A stretch of DNA of 64,000 bases from Octopus vulgaris (taxonomy: Eukaryota), in the NCBI GenBank assembly GCA_951406725.2, contig OX597833.1:61938001-62002000 (forward strand). Reading direction: 5' to 3'. Below the pieces are notes generated by a model. That model searched no databases. It was given only the letters and a program-made list of their open reading frames with translations, and was not told the DNA's origin. Below, one piece after another: positions 1-12,484 of the stretch (its first letter is position 1; the number at the start of each line of letters is the position of its first letter). Made by a program: the position numbers and the translations under genes.

Positions 1-729
1 TAGCATGGGTTGGACGGTTTGAGCAGAGCTGGCAGGCTGGGGAACTGCACCAGACCCCAGTCGTGGTTTCTACGGCTGGATGCCCTTCCTAAAGCCAACC
101 ATTTTACAGAGTGTGCTGGGTGCTTTTATTTGGCACCACATGGGAATTTCCACATGGCACTGCACGGGTGCTTTTAAGTGGCACCATCGTAAGTGCTAAT
201 GTACATACGATGGTGAAATCTTTACACACTTATATCTTGTAAAGGTTTCACTGCTCAATATATATACCATTTAGGTCAACAGCAGTGTGTGTGTGTGTAA
301 TGCTATCGCTAACCACCCAATTGTGAAACACGGAACAAAAACCGTTTGTGAGTTGAAATTATTCAAGGAAACAGATGGCAAATAAAAATGGAAAAAAAAT
401 CTCCCTCGGGGAAAAAAGGCATTTGAAATCTAAATCAAGTAAGGGAGATAACTTTAATAACGTAAGTTGATCGAATATTTGGACAAATAAGACACTGGAG
501 ATTGGAGGCGTTCAGGAGAGTTATGTCCCTTGTTGATGACTAAACAAAAATAATTGTTGCAAGGGTTTCGACTAATGACTCCGCAATCGATATAACCCTT
601 AGACCAGGGGTCCCTTATCACCGGGCCGCACAGAAAGAATAAATTTTTAAAACTCTATTTCTGTTTTATTATTTGTCGCAGTTTGCGGTGTGCTTTTTCA
701 GTGAGTATATATATACATATGCACATGTG

Positions 730-770
<41 letters not shown>

Positions 771-889
771 GTGCTCATAAAGGATGCGATGGGTAAATTG
801 TCGCAATTTTATATTTTAATTTCGTGCATGCATATTGTTTGTTTTTGATTTTGTCGACTGCACAGTATAGTAGGGTCAGTTGGGCACCG

Positions 890-1196
890 TCTGTGAGAAA
901 AACGGCACCAAGGCACAATTCAGTCTGCCAGAAATTTGGAAACAACATGCTGTACTGCTTGGCATTCATGCTGGAAGCTCCAATATGAATATTTCAGAAT
1001 GTTTGAGTGTCAATCTGAGGACATTTACCAAGAGTGAAAAAAAAATCAAACATCCCGTCAGCATCATGGTGTTTGGACTAATCACTAGTAATGGCAACGT
1101 TTATGCCCCCATACATCTTCCCACACAGCCTCAGACTCAAAACGGGGACCTACATCAAGTGCCTGGAGGAAGTAGTGCTGCCCTGGGACAAGAGGG
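890..1196 (+). mobile_element. Tc1/mariner-superfamily transposase relic
   Basis: KHPVSIMVFGLITSNGNV, then a frameshift, then MPPYIFPHSLRLKTGTYIKCLEEVVLPW, typical of the DDD/E-domain region; internally deleted. Confidence 0.75.
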
Positions 1197-1460
1197 TGTC
1201 ATGTATCATCATCATCATCATTTAACGTCCGCTTTCCATGCTGACATGGGTTGGACGGTTCAACTGGGATCTGGGAAGCCAGAAGGCTGCACCAGGCTCC
1301 AGACTGATCTGGCAGTGTTTCTACAGCTGGATGCCCTTCCTAACGCCAACCACTCTGTGAGTGTAGTGGGTGCTTTTTACGTGCCACCGGCACAGATGCC
1401 AGAGGAGTCTGGCAAACGGCCACGATCGGATAGTGCATCTTACATGCCACCGGCATGGCA

Positions 1461-1814
1461 TAATACAATAATGGTGATGTTCTTAACTGTTATATGGGAA
1501 TGTAAATATGTTGGGAAATTGTTTTTGTTATATGTTATTCTGTGTTCTGAATAATTTTTATTTTAATAAATGTTGCTTACTGCAAGTTATGGATGATTCT
1601 TTTATGACTTCATTGCTTTCAGGCTTAGCTTAAGGTATTTTCACGCCCGACATCACAAAATGTGTCTGAATAAACATTGCCGGACAGCAAATATAGAGAC
1701 TCGGACATTGCTGAGAAAATATTTTTCATTTTTAACCTCGTATATAGTACGCACTAGGGGTTTTGACCTTTAAATTTTGGGGAAAAAATGCGGATTATAC
1801 TTGAGGATTTACGG
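1461..1814. mobile_element. Right-hand part of the TA-MITE family
   Basis: Aligns to 11091-11441 and ends GGATTTACGG|TA. Confidence 0.8.
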
Positions 1815-2182
1815 TAATGTCTTATTTTTCTCCTCCGTTTTATTTTGACATACTTTTTACTCTTTACTCTTTTACTTGTTTCAGTCATTTGACTGCGGCC
1901 ATGCTGGAGCACCACCTTTAGTCGAGCAAAACGACCCCGGGACTTATTCTTTTGTAAGCCCAGTACTTATTCTATCGGTCTCTTTTGCCGAACCGCTAAG
2001 TGACGCTAAGTGACATGTGCATTGCATTTTATTCTTCTCTTCCATTTTACAAATTCAGTGTGCACATGTGCATTGCATGTTCAGACTTCTCTTTCCAGTT
2101 CCTACCCAAAACTGTTTACAGATCACCATCTCACAAACCTGCATCCGTGAGTAGCCCTTCGTGCTGATAGTTGTGGAAAAGA

Positions 2183-2573
2183 TGGATGGAAGCACTCCGT
2201 CGGTTACGACGACGAGGGTTCCGGTTGATCCGAATCAACGGAACAGCCTGCTTGTGAAATTAACGTGTAAGTGGCTGAGCACTCCACAGACACGTGTACC
2301 CTTAACGTAGTTCTCGGGGGATATTCAGCGTGACACAGAGAGTGACAAGGCCGGCCCCTTTGAAATACAGGTACAACAGAAACAGGAAGTAAGAGTGAGA
2401 GAAAGTTGTGGTGAAAGAGTACAGCAGGGATCACTACCATCCCCTGCCGGAGCCTCGTGGAGCTTTAGGTGTTTTCGCTCAATAAACACTCACAACGCCC
2501 GATCTGGGAATTGAAACCGTGATCCTACGACCGCGAGTCCGCTGCCCTAACCACTGGGCCATTGCGCCTCCAC
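2183..2573 (-). mobile_element. Full-length tRNA-derived SINE with 11-bp TSD
   Basis: Head GGAGGCGCAATGGCCCAGTGGTTAGG with a B-box-like motif; TSD tgtggaaaaga at 2172-2182 and 2574-2584. Relatives near 12142, 14775, 30749, 40260 and 54580. Confidence 0.85.
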
Positions 2574-2612
2574 TGTGGAAAAGAACGAAACTGAAGAAAG
2601 TATAATACTTAC

Positions 2613-2656
2613 GACTTGTTGTTTCTTAACCTGTTCTCCTCGTTTAGCATGTAAAT
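2613..2656 (-). CDS. INTS8: INTS8 exon 26 (penultimate)
   Basis: CAG|AT; (H)LHAKRGEQVKKQQV; GTAAG donor; phase matches exon 25; follows an 8.9-kb intron. Confidence 0.9.
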
Positions 2657-5600
2657 CTGTTCGTTAAAGAATATAATCTTCCACATTAAACAATTTCAGA
2701 AACAAAATATTTGAGAAATCCAAGATGTAAACAACTGTATGAGGGTCGAGCTTAAATTCTGACCATAAAACAAGGGGCTCAATTTCATTGATAGTTCAGA
2801 ATTAAGGGTTTCTAACAGAAAGCAAATTATCATTATCATTGCCATTTAACAGCCTGAAATTTGGGCGGGGGCGGGGGAGTCACTTAGATCAACCTCAGTA
2901 TGCAACTGGTACTTAATTTACCAACACTGAAAGGATGAAAGGCAAAGACGACCTCAGCAGAATAACCAACTTAATAATCCTTTCTATTATAGGCATGTGT
3001 GTGCATGTGTGTGAGTGTGCATGTGTGTGTGTGAATGTACATGTGTGTGAGTGTGCATGTGTGTGAGTGTGCATGTGTGTGTGTGTGAATGTGCATGTGT
3101 GTGAGTGTGCATGTGTGTGTGTGTGCATGTGTGTGTGAATGTGCATGTGTGTGAGTGTGCATGTGTGTGTGTGTGCATGTGTGTGTGAATGTGCATGTGT
3201 GTGAATGTGCATGTGTGTGAGTGTGCATGTGTGTGTGTGTGTGTGAGTGTGCATGTGTGTGTGTGTGTGTGAGTGTGCATGTGTGTGAGTGTGCACGTGT
3301 GTGTGTGTGAATGTGCATGTGTGTGAGTGTGCACGTGTGTGTGTGTGAATGTGCATGTGTGTGAGTGTGCACGTGTGTGAGTGTGCATGTGCGTGTGTGT
3401 GTGAATGTGCATGTGTGTGAGTGTGCATGTGTGTGTGTGTGTGAATGTGCACGTGTGTGCGTGTGAGTGACACAGATGGCCATGTGATTTATGGGTCAAC
3501 TAAAGCCCAACCATCAGGCTTCCACACAGTTTCCATCTGTACAGCTTTGTTTTACAAATTTTTTTTTTGGGGTGGGGTGGACCTAATGCAATGCTTGAAG
3601 ACAGAGAAACGAAATGCTGGGTGGGAGGTGGGGGGTCAGAATACGTGAGAGACACAATAAGCAGGATGTCACAAAGAAGAGTAAGAAGAGGTGGAGAAGG
3701 AGAGAAGAGGAAGAAGAGGAGGGAGAGGGGAGAGGAGGAAGAGATGTGGAAATATTCTGCAGCAGAATGGTTCCATTAGCATCATATAAAAAAAACGGAC
3801 ATCATGATAACGAAGAATGATAATTATAGCGATGGTTGTGTTAACGATGATGATAATGGTGGTGATAGTGGTGGTGATGATGGTAAGTTCAAAAGAGAAG
3901 CTGTGAAAGCCACAGACATAGCAGCAGTGGTGGTGGTAGTGATGGTGGTGGTAGTGATGATAGCAGCAGCAGTGGTGGTGGTCGTGGTGAGGAAGCACTT
4001 GATGCCGTTGATAAATTAGCCAAGTTAATTCTGCTAACTATTTCCTGATTGCACGACTAAAATATCCTCAAAGCAGTAACAGCCACTCCCATGGTGAAAA
4101 CCTGATTGGCGGGAGGGTGGGGGTGGATGTGGAGGCAGTGAGAGTGCGTGGGGATAGACATATCTGTGTGCGTGTGTGCGTGTATGTATGTATGCATAAA
4201 CTATTTGTGTATATATATATTTATATGGGTGTATAAATATATAAAACAAGAAGATTTATAAATGAAGGAAAAACAATATTCTCTTCACCGATTTGTTTTT
4301 TTCAGATAAATTCGTTTGTTCTGCAGCTGGAGTGAGAGCGGCTGGGGGTGGTTAAGGGTGGCTACATCCAGGGTGGAAGAATAGATGTTGGGAAGTGGGG
4401 GGAGGGCACTATATCCAGGGTGGAATGGTAGATAGCCAGGTGGATGGAGGCTACATCCAGGGTGGAAGGATAGATGTTGGTGGGTGGGGTGCACTATATC
4501 CAGGGTGGAAAGGTAGATAGCCAGGTGGATGGAGGCGACATCCAGGGTGGAAGGATAGATGTTGGGGGAGGCACTATTCCCAGGGTGGAATGGTAGATAG
4601 CCAGGTGGATGGAGGCTACATCCAGACTGGATAAGCGGTGGGTGGAGTGTGGGGCTATATTTAGAGTGGACGGAGTGGGGGAACAGGCTATAAACAAAGT
4701 GGCTGTCTAGCAGGTGGATAGGTGCTGCAGCCAGGGGTGGCTGGTTGGATGGGTAGCAGCTATATCTAGATTGCTACATCCTGAGTGGCTGTCTAGTGGG
4801 TGGCTTGGGTGCTATAACAAGATAACAGGGTGGGTGCAGCCATTGACTGGAACTGTTTATAGAGAATTAAAGAAAAGAAAGGTCGGCTGTCGGCTGTGGT
4901 GTCAATTACTTGGGGGTGGACGTGTGTTAAAAACTTGCTTCCATATCACATGGTTCCGTGTTCAATCCCACATAAGGCAGTCAGCTGCTCTGGCAACAAT
5001 CACACTCGGATGGTGATCTTAGCGCTCCACTTAATAATTAAATAATCAAATTACAGAATCAAGAATCATCATCATCATCATCATCATCATTTAGCGTCCA
5101 TTTTCCATGCTAGCACGAGTTGGACGGTTCAACTGGGGTCTGTGAAGCCAGAAGGCTGCATCAGGCCCAGTCTGATCTGGCAGTGTTTCTACGGCTGGAT
5201 GCCCTTCCTAACGCCAACCACTCCGCGAATGTTTCATACTTTTCATTTGTTTAAAATTATAAAATTGTAGCCTATCGCTTTATTGCCACTTAGAAATTTT
5301 TAATTTATTTCGAATCAAATGATTTACGCAAACAATTTTATTTTGAAATTTAAACACAATACTTCAAGAAAGTATCAAGCGGGCTACCTGCAGCCTGAAG
5401 GCCTCAGGTTGGCCAGCCCTGGCCTAGATCAACTCTCACCAGCCAACTTTGAAAACAAAATTCTGATTTGTATGTGTCTGGAGCAAAGGTTGAACAGAGG
5501 TTTTGAGCCCATAAAGATACCCCTGCAGTGTTATTGATAAGCCTAGCATAGTAAGAGGGTATCTTTTATATTATGGTTGTTCCAGTCGTTTGATTGCGGC

Positions 5601-8600
5601 CATGCTGGAGCACCGCCTTTAGTCGAGCAAATCGACCCCAGGACTTATTCTTTTGGTTTCTTTTGCCAAACTACTAAGTTACGGGGACGTAAACGCACCA
5701 GCATCGGTTGTCAAACGATGTTGGGGGGACAAACAGACACACACATATATATATATATAAGGCAAGCTGGCAGAAACGTTAGCACGTCGGGCGAAATGCG
5801 TAGCCGTATTTCGTCTGCCGTTAAGTGTTCTGGGTGAGTTCAAATTCCGCCGAGGTCGACTTTGCCTTTCATCCTTTCGGGGTCGATAAATTAAGTACCA
5901 GTTACGCACTGGGGTCGATGTAATCGACTTAATCCCTTTGTCTGTCCTTGTTTGTCCCCTCTATGTTTAGCCCCTTGTGGGTAGTAAAGAAATATATATA
6001 TATATGACAGGCTTCTTTCAGTTTCCATCTACCAAATCCACTCACAAGGCTTTGGTCGGCCCGAGGCTATAGTAGAAGACACTTGTCCAAGGTGCCACGC
6101 AGTGGAACTGAATCCAGAACCATGTGGTTCGTAAGCGAGCTACTTACCACACAGCCACTCCTACGCCTACTACCCTAGTTTATTTATGGTAAAATTCAAA
6201 ATACAGATGACCGCAAACTAAAAGACCACAAGGCATTTAGTGTGGCAGTGTACCATTTCTATCAAACTGTCAGCTGGGGTCAATGAAATACAATAGTCAA
6301 CCTTTACAGTAATTGGGGAGAACACGTGACTATGCTAAGGGGGCAAAATAACAACAACAATAACAACAACAATAACAAGAACAATGGCAGAAGAAGATGA
6401 CAAAAGGTTATCAAAAGGAAACTCCTCCCAGGTAACGTGAGAGTCAGTGGTTAACGAAGTAATTAAGAAGAAAGGCAAGGAACATCAACATCAGCATCAA
6501 TAACACAATAACAACATCAGCATCAACAACCACAGCAACAATAACAACAATAACGAGAACAGAATAAGGATGTCTTCTGAATTGCAAAAGTGGAAGAGGA
6601 AAGAGTGAGAGAGAGAGAGGTGGGGAGGGGGTTGAAAGAAGATCCTCTGCTATGGTGATGATGGTAGTGGTGGTAGTGATAGTAGTCAGCATTGATGGGA
6701 ATGATGATAGCAATGGTCATGGGTGGAAGGGTGGAAGGGTAGGGGGCAAGGAATATGGAATTAGAGGCAGTGTTTTGTACTGTCGTTATTGATAGTGACG
6801 ACGGTGTGATGTTGGTGATGGTGAAAACGGTAGCATCATCAGATTTGCTGAAAGTTGTAGTCGCAAGCAGTGGTCATGGAAGGAAAGGTAGTGATGCTGC
6901 AAATGGTGGCGGTTGTGCTAGTTCTTATTTTGATGAAAAGTACTTACAAGGGAGAGCTGAAAAGTTCCTGGGTTTGGGTAAAAGAAAATACAGGAGGATC
7001 AGTTAATTATGATTAAGGCACCGTTCGAGTGTGATCGTTACCAGCGTCGTCTTACTGGCGCTCGAGCCCCATGCTAGTAGGGTGTTAAGAGCACCATCCG
7101 AGTGTGATCGTTGCCAGAGCAGCCATCTGGCCTCCGTGACGGTGGCATGTAAAAGACACCATTCGAGCATGCTCGTTACCAGTGTCGCCTTACTGGTACC
7201 TGTGCCGGTGGCATGTGTAAAAGATTCGAGCGAGGTCGTTGCCAGTACCACCTGACTGGCCCCCGTGCAGGTGGCACGCAAAAAGCACCCACTACACTCT
7301 CGGATTGGTTGGCGTTAGGAAGGGCATCCAGCTATAGAAACTCTGCCAGATCAAGATTGAAGCCTGGTGCAGCCATCTGGTTCGCCAGTCCTCAGTCAAA
7401 TCGTCCAACCCATGCCAGCATGAAAAGCGGACGTTAAACGATGATGATGATGATAATGATGTAAGGAATAATATCAGGGAGATTTAGTTGCTATTTCTAG
7501 TAGGTCTTCAAGTAATTATGTACCTTATCCTTCATTGGCTCATAAGAACAAGGAGTACAATCCAAAGGGTGTACTTTTATGTAACTGCCTAATCTGCTAG
7601 AAATAGCAACCAAATCCCTTGGATGATGATGATGATGATTCTCCTCTTAGATTCACACACTTATTGCAGCAGTCCTTCAGTTTCTCTAAGCCCTGTAAAA
7701 GAACTTGGAAAGTTGGGCCTCCAAACAGGTCTTTCAAGATACCTTTAAAGACAGGAACTTTTCAGCACACCCTCACAGATTTCATCACCCTTGAAGATGA
7801 AATACGAAGTCGGCCTGGTTAGGATTTGATCTCAGTCTGTCAGCATTGTCACCAAACACCACAAACTATTTCATCCAACATTCTACCCACTCTACCACCC
7901 ATCTACTATGCCACGAACACAACAAGAAATTAAATAAATACAACAGGGGTGGGGGGGCTAGATATTCAGTTGAGACCATCACCTCTGGTTGGTCTGATGA
8001 TATCAATCTACCTGCGATAGCCACCTCTGGTTGGTTCTATGGTACCAATTCACCTGAAACCACCTGCTTTCGTTGGTCTGACGATATCAATCTACCTGTG
8101 ATAGCCACCTCTGGTTGGTTCTATGGTACCAATCTACCTGAGACCACCACCTCTGGTTCAACATACCTGATAATAATTCTTTTTAATTTAGGCACAAGGT
8201 CAGTAACTTTGAGGAAAGGGAGAGGGGGTTAATCAATTAAATCAACCTAATTATTTGACTGGTGTCTTATTTCATCAAAGCAAAAGGGACAAAAGGCAAA
8301 GCTGACTTCAGTGAGATTTGAACTTGAAATTCAAAGAGTCAGAAGAAACCCTGCAAGGCCTTTTGTCGGATGCTCTAACGAGTCTGTCAGCTTGAATAAT
8401 AATCCTTTCTAAAATCCAGAGAAAAGCCTAAAATTGGAAGGGGTCGAGTTACATCAACCTTGGCACTTTATTTTATTGACTCCCAGAAGGGAGCACTTCA
8501 TAATAATAAAAATAATAATTACAATTTTTGACACAAGACTAGCAATTTTGAGGAGGGGGGTAAGTTGATTCCCTCCACCCCAGGGGTCAACTGACGCTTA

Positions 8601-8884
8601 TTTCATCGACCCCCGAAAAAGGATGAAAGGTGAAGACGACCTCGGCAGAATTTGAACCCAGAACATAAAGACGGACAAAATGCTGCTAAGCATTTGTACC
8701 TGGCGTGCTAACGATTCTGCCAGTTTGAATAATAATTGCTTCTAACATACACACAAGGTCTAAGATTGGGAGCGGGGGGCAGCAGGGGGAGGGAGGATGG
8801 GAGGAGGAGGGGGGGTCATCAAATTACATCAACCCCAGTACTTGACTGATACTTTATTTTATCGACCCCCGGAAGGATGACTTC

Positions 8885-8935
<51 letters not shown>

Positions 8936-9443
8936 GGCAGATGAAGTCATTTAGTTTCTGGTGCCAAGTGGTTTTTTCTTTTACATGGTAATCAACCGAT
9001 TATTGGTCAGAAGGAAATGGTAGCCTGCGAGCATTACCTAAGGTGTGGAGATGAAAGGAAACAGGAATTAACACTTCCTGTTTACTTCAAGAAAACAGTT
9101 GGACAAACATCTTTAATACAACAACAACAACAATAACAACAACAACAACATAAATATGATAATATAGAATTGTAGAGAGTCTCAGCTTTTTTTTTTCCGT
9201 ATTTCTCCAAATTTAGATTCAAACACTTGAAATTTCTAAAGAAACAGGTCAAAAGACCAACGCTTCGGACAAACATAGCTAATAGTCAGATTCTATTTGC
9301 GTCCAAGCTGAACAGCAACAACAACAACAACAACAACGATCACTGCTGCTGCTGCTGCTGCTGGTGACACCACCTCTGCCTTAATCCTTATAAAGGTAAT
9401 GTCACAGCAGCTGTTGTCGTAATCGCCATAACAACCACACTGG

Positions 9444-9479
<36 letters not shown>

Positions 9480-10385
9480 TCATTTGTGAGTCAACGACTT
9501 ATCTGGTATTTCTGTGCTGGCTTAACAACAACAACAACAACAGTTGGATGATGATTCAGTTATTATGTACATCTGGTTGAAGTGCAGGGGTGGAGGGGGA
9601 GGCGGGTGCACATCTGTGTTAAGTGTGTACATGTGCATATCAGTAAGTGGGCTCAGTTGTGTGTGTGTGCGTATGTGTGTGTGTGTGTAAGTGTGTGTTG
9701 GTTATGTGCTTAAAGAAGTTCGCTTCCCAACAGCCGTGTGGTTTTGAGTTCAGTCCTGCTCAGTGGCACCTTGGGCACGTGTCTCTTCCTATAGCCCCCT
9801 AAGCTGACCAAAGCTGTGAGTGGATTTGATAGATGGAAACTGAAAGAAACCCATCACCATCATCATATGTCCGTTTACCATGCTGTCATGGGTCGGACAG
9901 TTTGGCAGGAGCTGGCTAGGCTAAAGGTTGCGAGTTAGCAGAAACGTTAGCATGCCGGGCGAAATGCTTTGTGGTATTTTCATCCACCGCTGCGTTCTGA
10001 GTTCAAATTCCGCCGAGGTTGATTTTACCTTTCATCCTTTCGGGGTCGATAAATTAAGTACAAGTTACGCACTGGGGTCGATATAATCGACTTGATCCGT
10101 TTGTCTGTCCTTATTTATCCCTTCTATGTTTAGCCCCTTGTGGGCAATAAAGAAATAAGGAGCTGGCTAGGCCAGGGACCACACCAGGGTTGGACAGTTT
10201 GACTGGGGTCTGGGAAGCCAGGAGGCTTCACCAGGCTCCAGTCTGATCTGGCAGTGTTTCTACAGGTGGATGCCCTTCCTAACACCAACCACTTCGTTGA
10301 GTGTAGTGGGTGTTTTTTACGTGCCACCGACACGGATGCCAGTCAAGGCTGTGCTGGCATTGCCCAGGTTTGGATGGTGTCTTTT

Positions 10386-10432
<47 letters not shown>

Positions 10433-11720
10433 TATATATAATAAATAATTTGGACTAATAGGTATAAGTCAATTAGTGTTTAAATGTTGAGTAGACAACT
10501 GGCACAGTTTAAGCTACCTGTTGTCATCTGCAGTCATGGCACACTTCTGTTGGATCTACTTCAGGAACTCCACAGTAGCAGTTAGGGTAACAATATTAAT
10601 TAACAGGAGATGGATTGAGTATGTATGAATAAAAAAAGACAGCATAGTCATGACTGGAACACCTTCGATCACCGTTCTGCTGGTTCAAAGCTGACTTGGA
10701 GTGAACAGCAATGGTAGAAGAGCCAACACAGGAAATAGAAATAGCAGTTAAATCTTCATTTCACACACTGTCTTACAAGAAAAAATTGTACATTAGATAA
10801 TGTAGTACTAGATATACTGTGTGAAAAGAAGACACTTTGTTCATGGCCAGGAAATTTCTGGTTACTGGTCAACAGGATGAGGGTCGACCTAGGACTAAAA
10901 ACAGTAACAACAACATTTACCGTAAATCCTCGAGTATAGTCCGCCCATGAGTATAATACACAGGGGATTTTTAGGGGGATATACCTATGAAAAACCTAAA
11001 CCTTGTGTATAATACGCATCCCTTCACTAACTTGAGTCGTGCGTAATTAAGCCAGCAGCACCTAGTCAAACAAACACTTCCGCGCATGCGTAATACAATT
11101 ATGGTGATGTTCTTAACTGTTATATGGGAATGTAAATATGTTTGCAAATTGTTTTTGTTACATGTTATTCTGTGTTCTGAATACTTTTATTTTAATAAAT
11201 TTTGCTTATTGCAAGTTATGGATGATTCTTTTATGACTTCATTGCTTTCAGGCTTAGCTTAAGGTATTTTTGCACCCGACATCACAAAATGCGTCTGAAT
11301 AAACATTGCCGGACAGCAAATAGAGACTCTGACATTGCTTAGAAATTATTTTTCATTTTTAACCTCATATATAGTACGCACTAGGGATTTTGACCTTTAA
11401 ATTTGGGGAAAAAAATGCGGATTATACTCGAGGATTTACGGTAATTAAAAATGCAGTCCAAAGATGAAGCATTTCAGGTGGGTTGTGACCAAAAGAAACA
11501 AACAAAATAAATGAATAAAGGATACGTGAGAGGAATTCGAGTATGCTGAGGTCCCAGATGAAGTAGTAGTAGATGTCTTGGGCATCATAGATGGTCGTCT
11601 CTTGAAGGGCTTTGAACGCCGTCGTGTAGTCAATGTTTTCAAGAAACTGACAAAGGATGGCAACCTGTTCGATTGAAAGAAACATGACATTATGGATAGC
11701 ATCATAAAATAATAATAAAA

Positions 11721-11755
<35 letters not shown>

Positions 11756-12452
11756 GCCCTGATTGTATACAGTGCTCAGGTGCGCCACAACTTGTCAAAA
11801 AGTGTGTATAAAGTATATGCAGTAATGTACAAATGTCTTCATCAGTACCATTGCAAACAGCATCACCATCATCCTGTCATTTGATGATGTGTGACAGATA
11901 CACAGTTCCAAGTGTGGCCATCACACAATATGTAAATCACAGATAACGAGTTTGGCCAACAGAGACAATAAATGAGATACACAATCATCATCATCATCAT
12001 CATCATTTAATGTCTGTTTTCCATTATAGCAAGGCCAGGACCCACGCCAGGTTCCCAACCTGGGGTCCACGAAGGTAGCACTGGGGGTCTGTGAACTAAA
12101 TTCAAAATTTCACATACATACATGTGTGTGTGTGTGTGTGTGGAGGCGCAATGGCCCGGTGGTTAGGGCAGCAGACTCGCAGTCGTAGGATCGCAGTTTC
12201 GATTCCCAGACCGGGTGTTGTGAGTGTTTATTGAGCAAAAACACCTAAAGCTCCATGAGGCTCCGGCAGGGGGTGGTGGCAATCCCTGCTGTACTCTTTC
12301 CCCACAACTTTCTCTCACTCCTTCTTCTGTTGGCCTGCTCAGTTAGCCAGTGGGGTGACATCACTTGAAGGCTGAAACCATGCGAAGTGCATTGTGACCA
12401 GCGATGTGTAGCAACATCAGATAGCCTGGTTGGTCACAGTGATCACGGTGAT

Positions 12453-12484
<32 letters not shown>

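Noticed and set aside
440-545. Minus-strand LLNASNLQ as the missing last INTS8 exon
   Set aside because: Flanking residues do not resemble the INTS8 C-terminus as I recall it (EEVLQLAAQRRKKKFL), and the segment carries the aagggagataact repeat motif; treated as a chance match.
880-1554. 224-aa ORF as a gene
   Set aside because: Chimeric read-through of a frameshifted transposase relic, a SINE and a MITE.
2913-3499. His/Thr-rich ORFs of 170-186 aa in three frames
   Set aside because: Translations of a (CA)n-type compound microsatellite; open in all frames because the repeat lacks stops.
12142-12215. tRNA gene (also near 2500-2573, 30749 and 59280)
   Set aside because: These are tRNA-like heads continuous with SINE bodies, with no complete cloverleaf or terminator.
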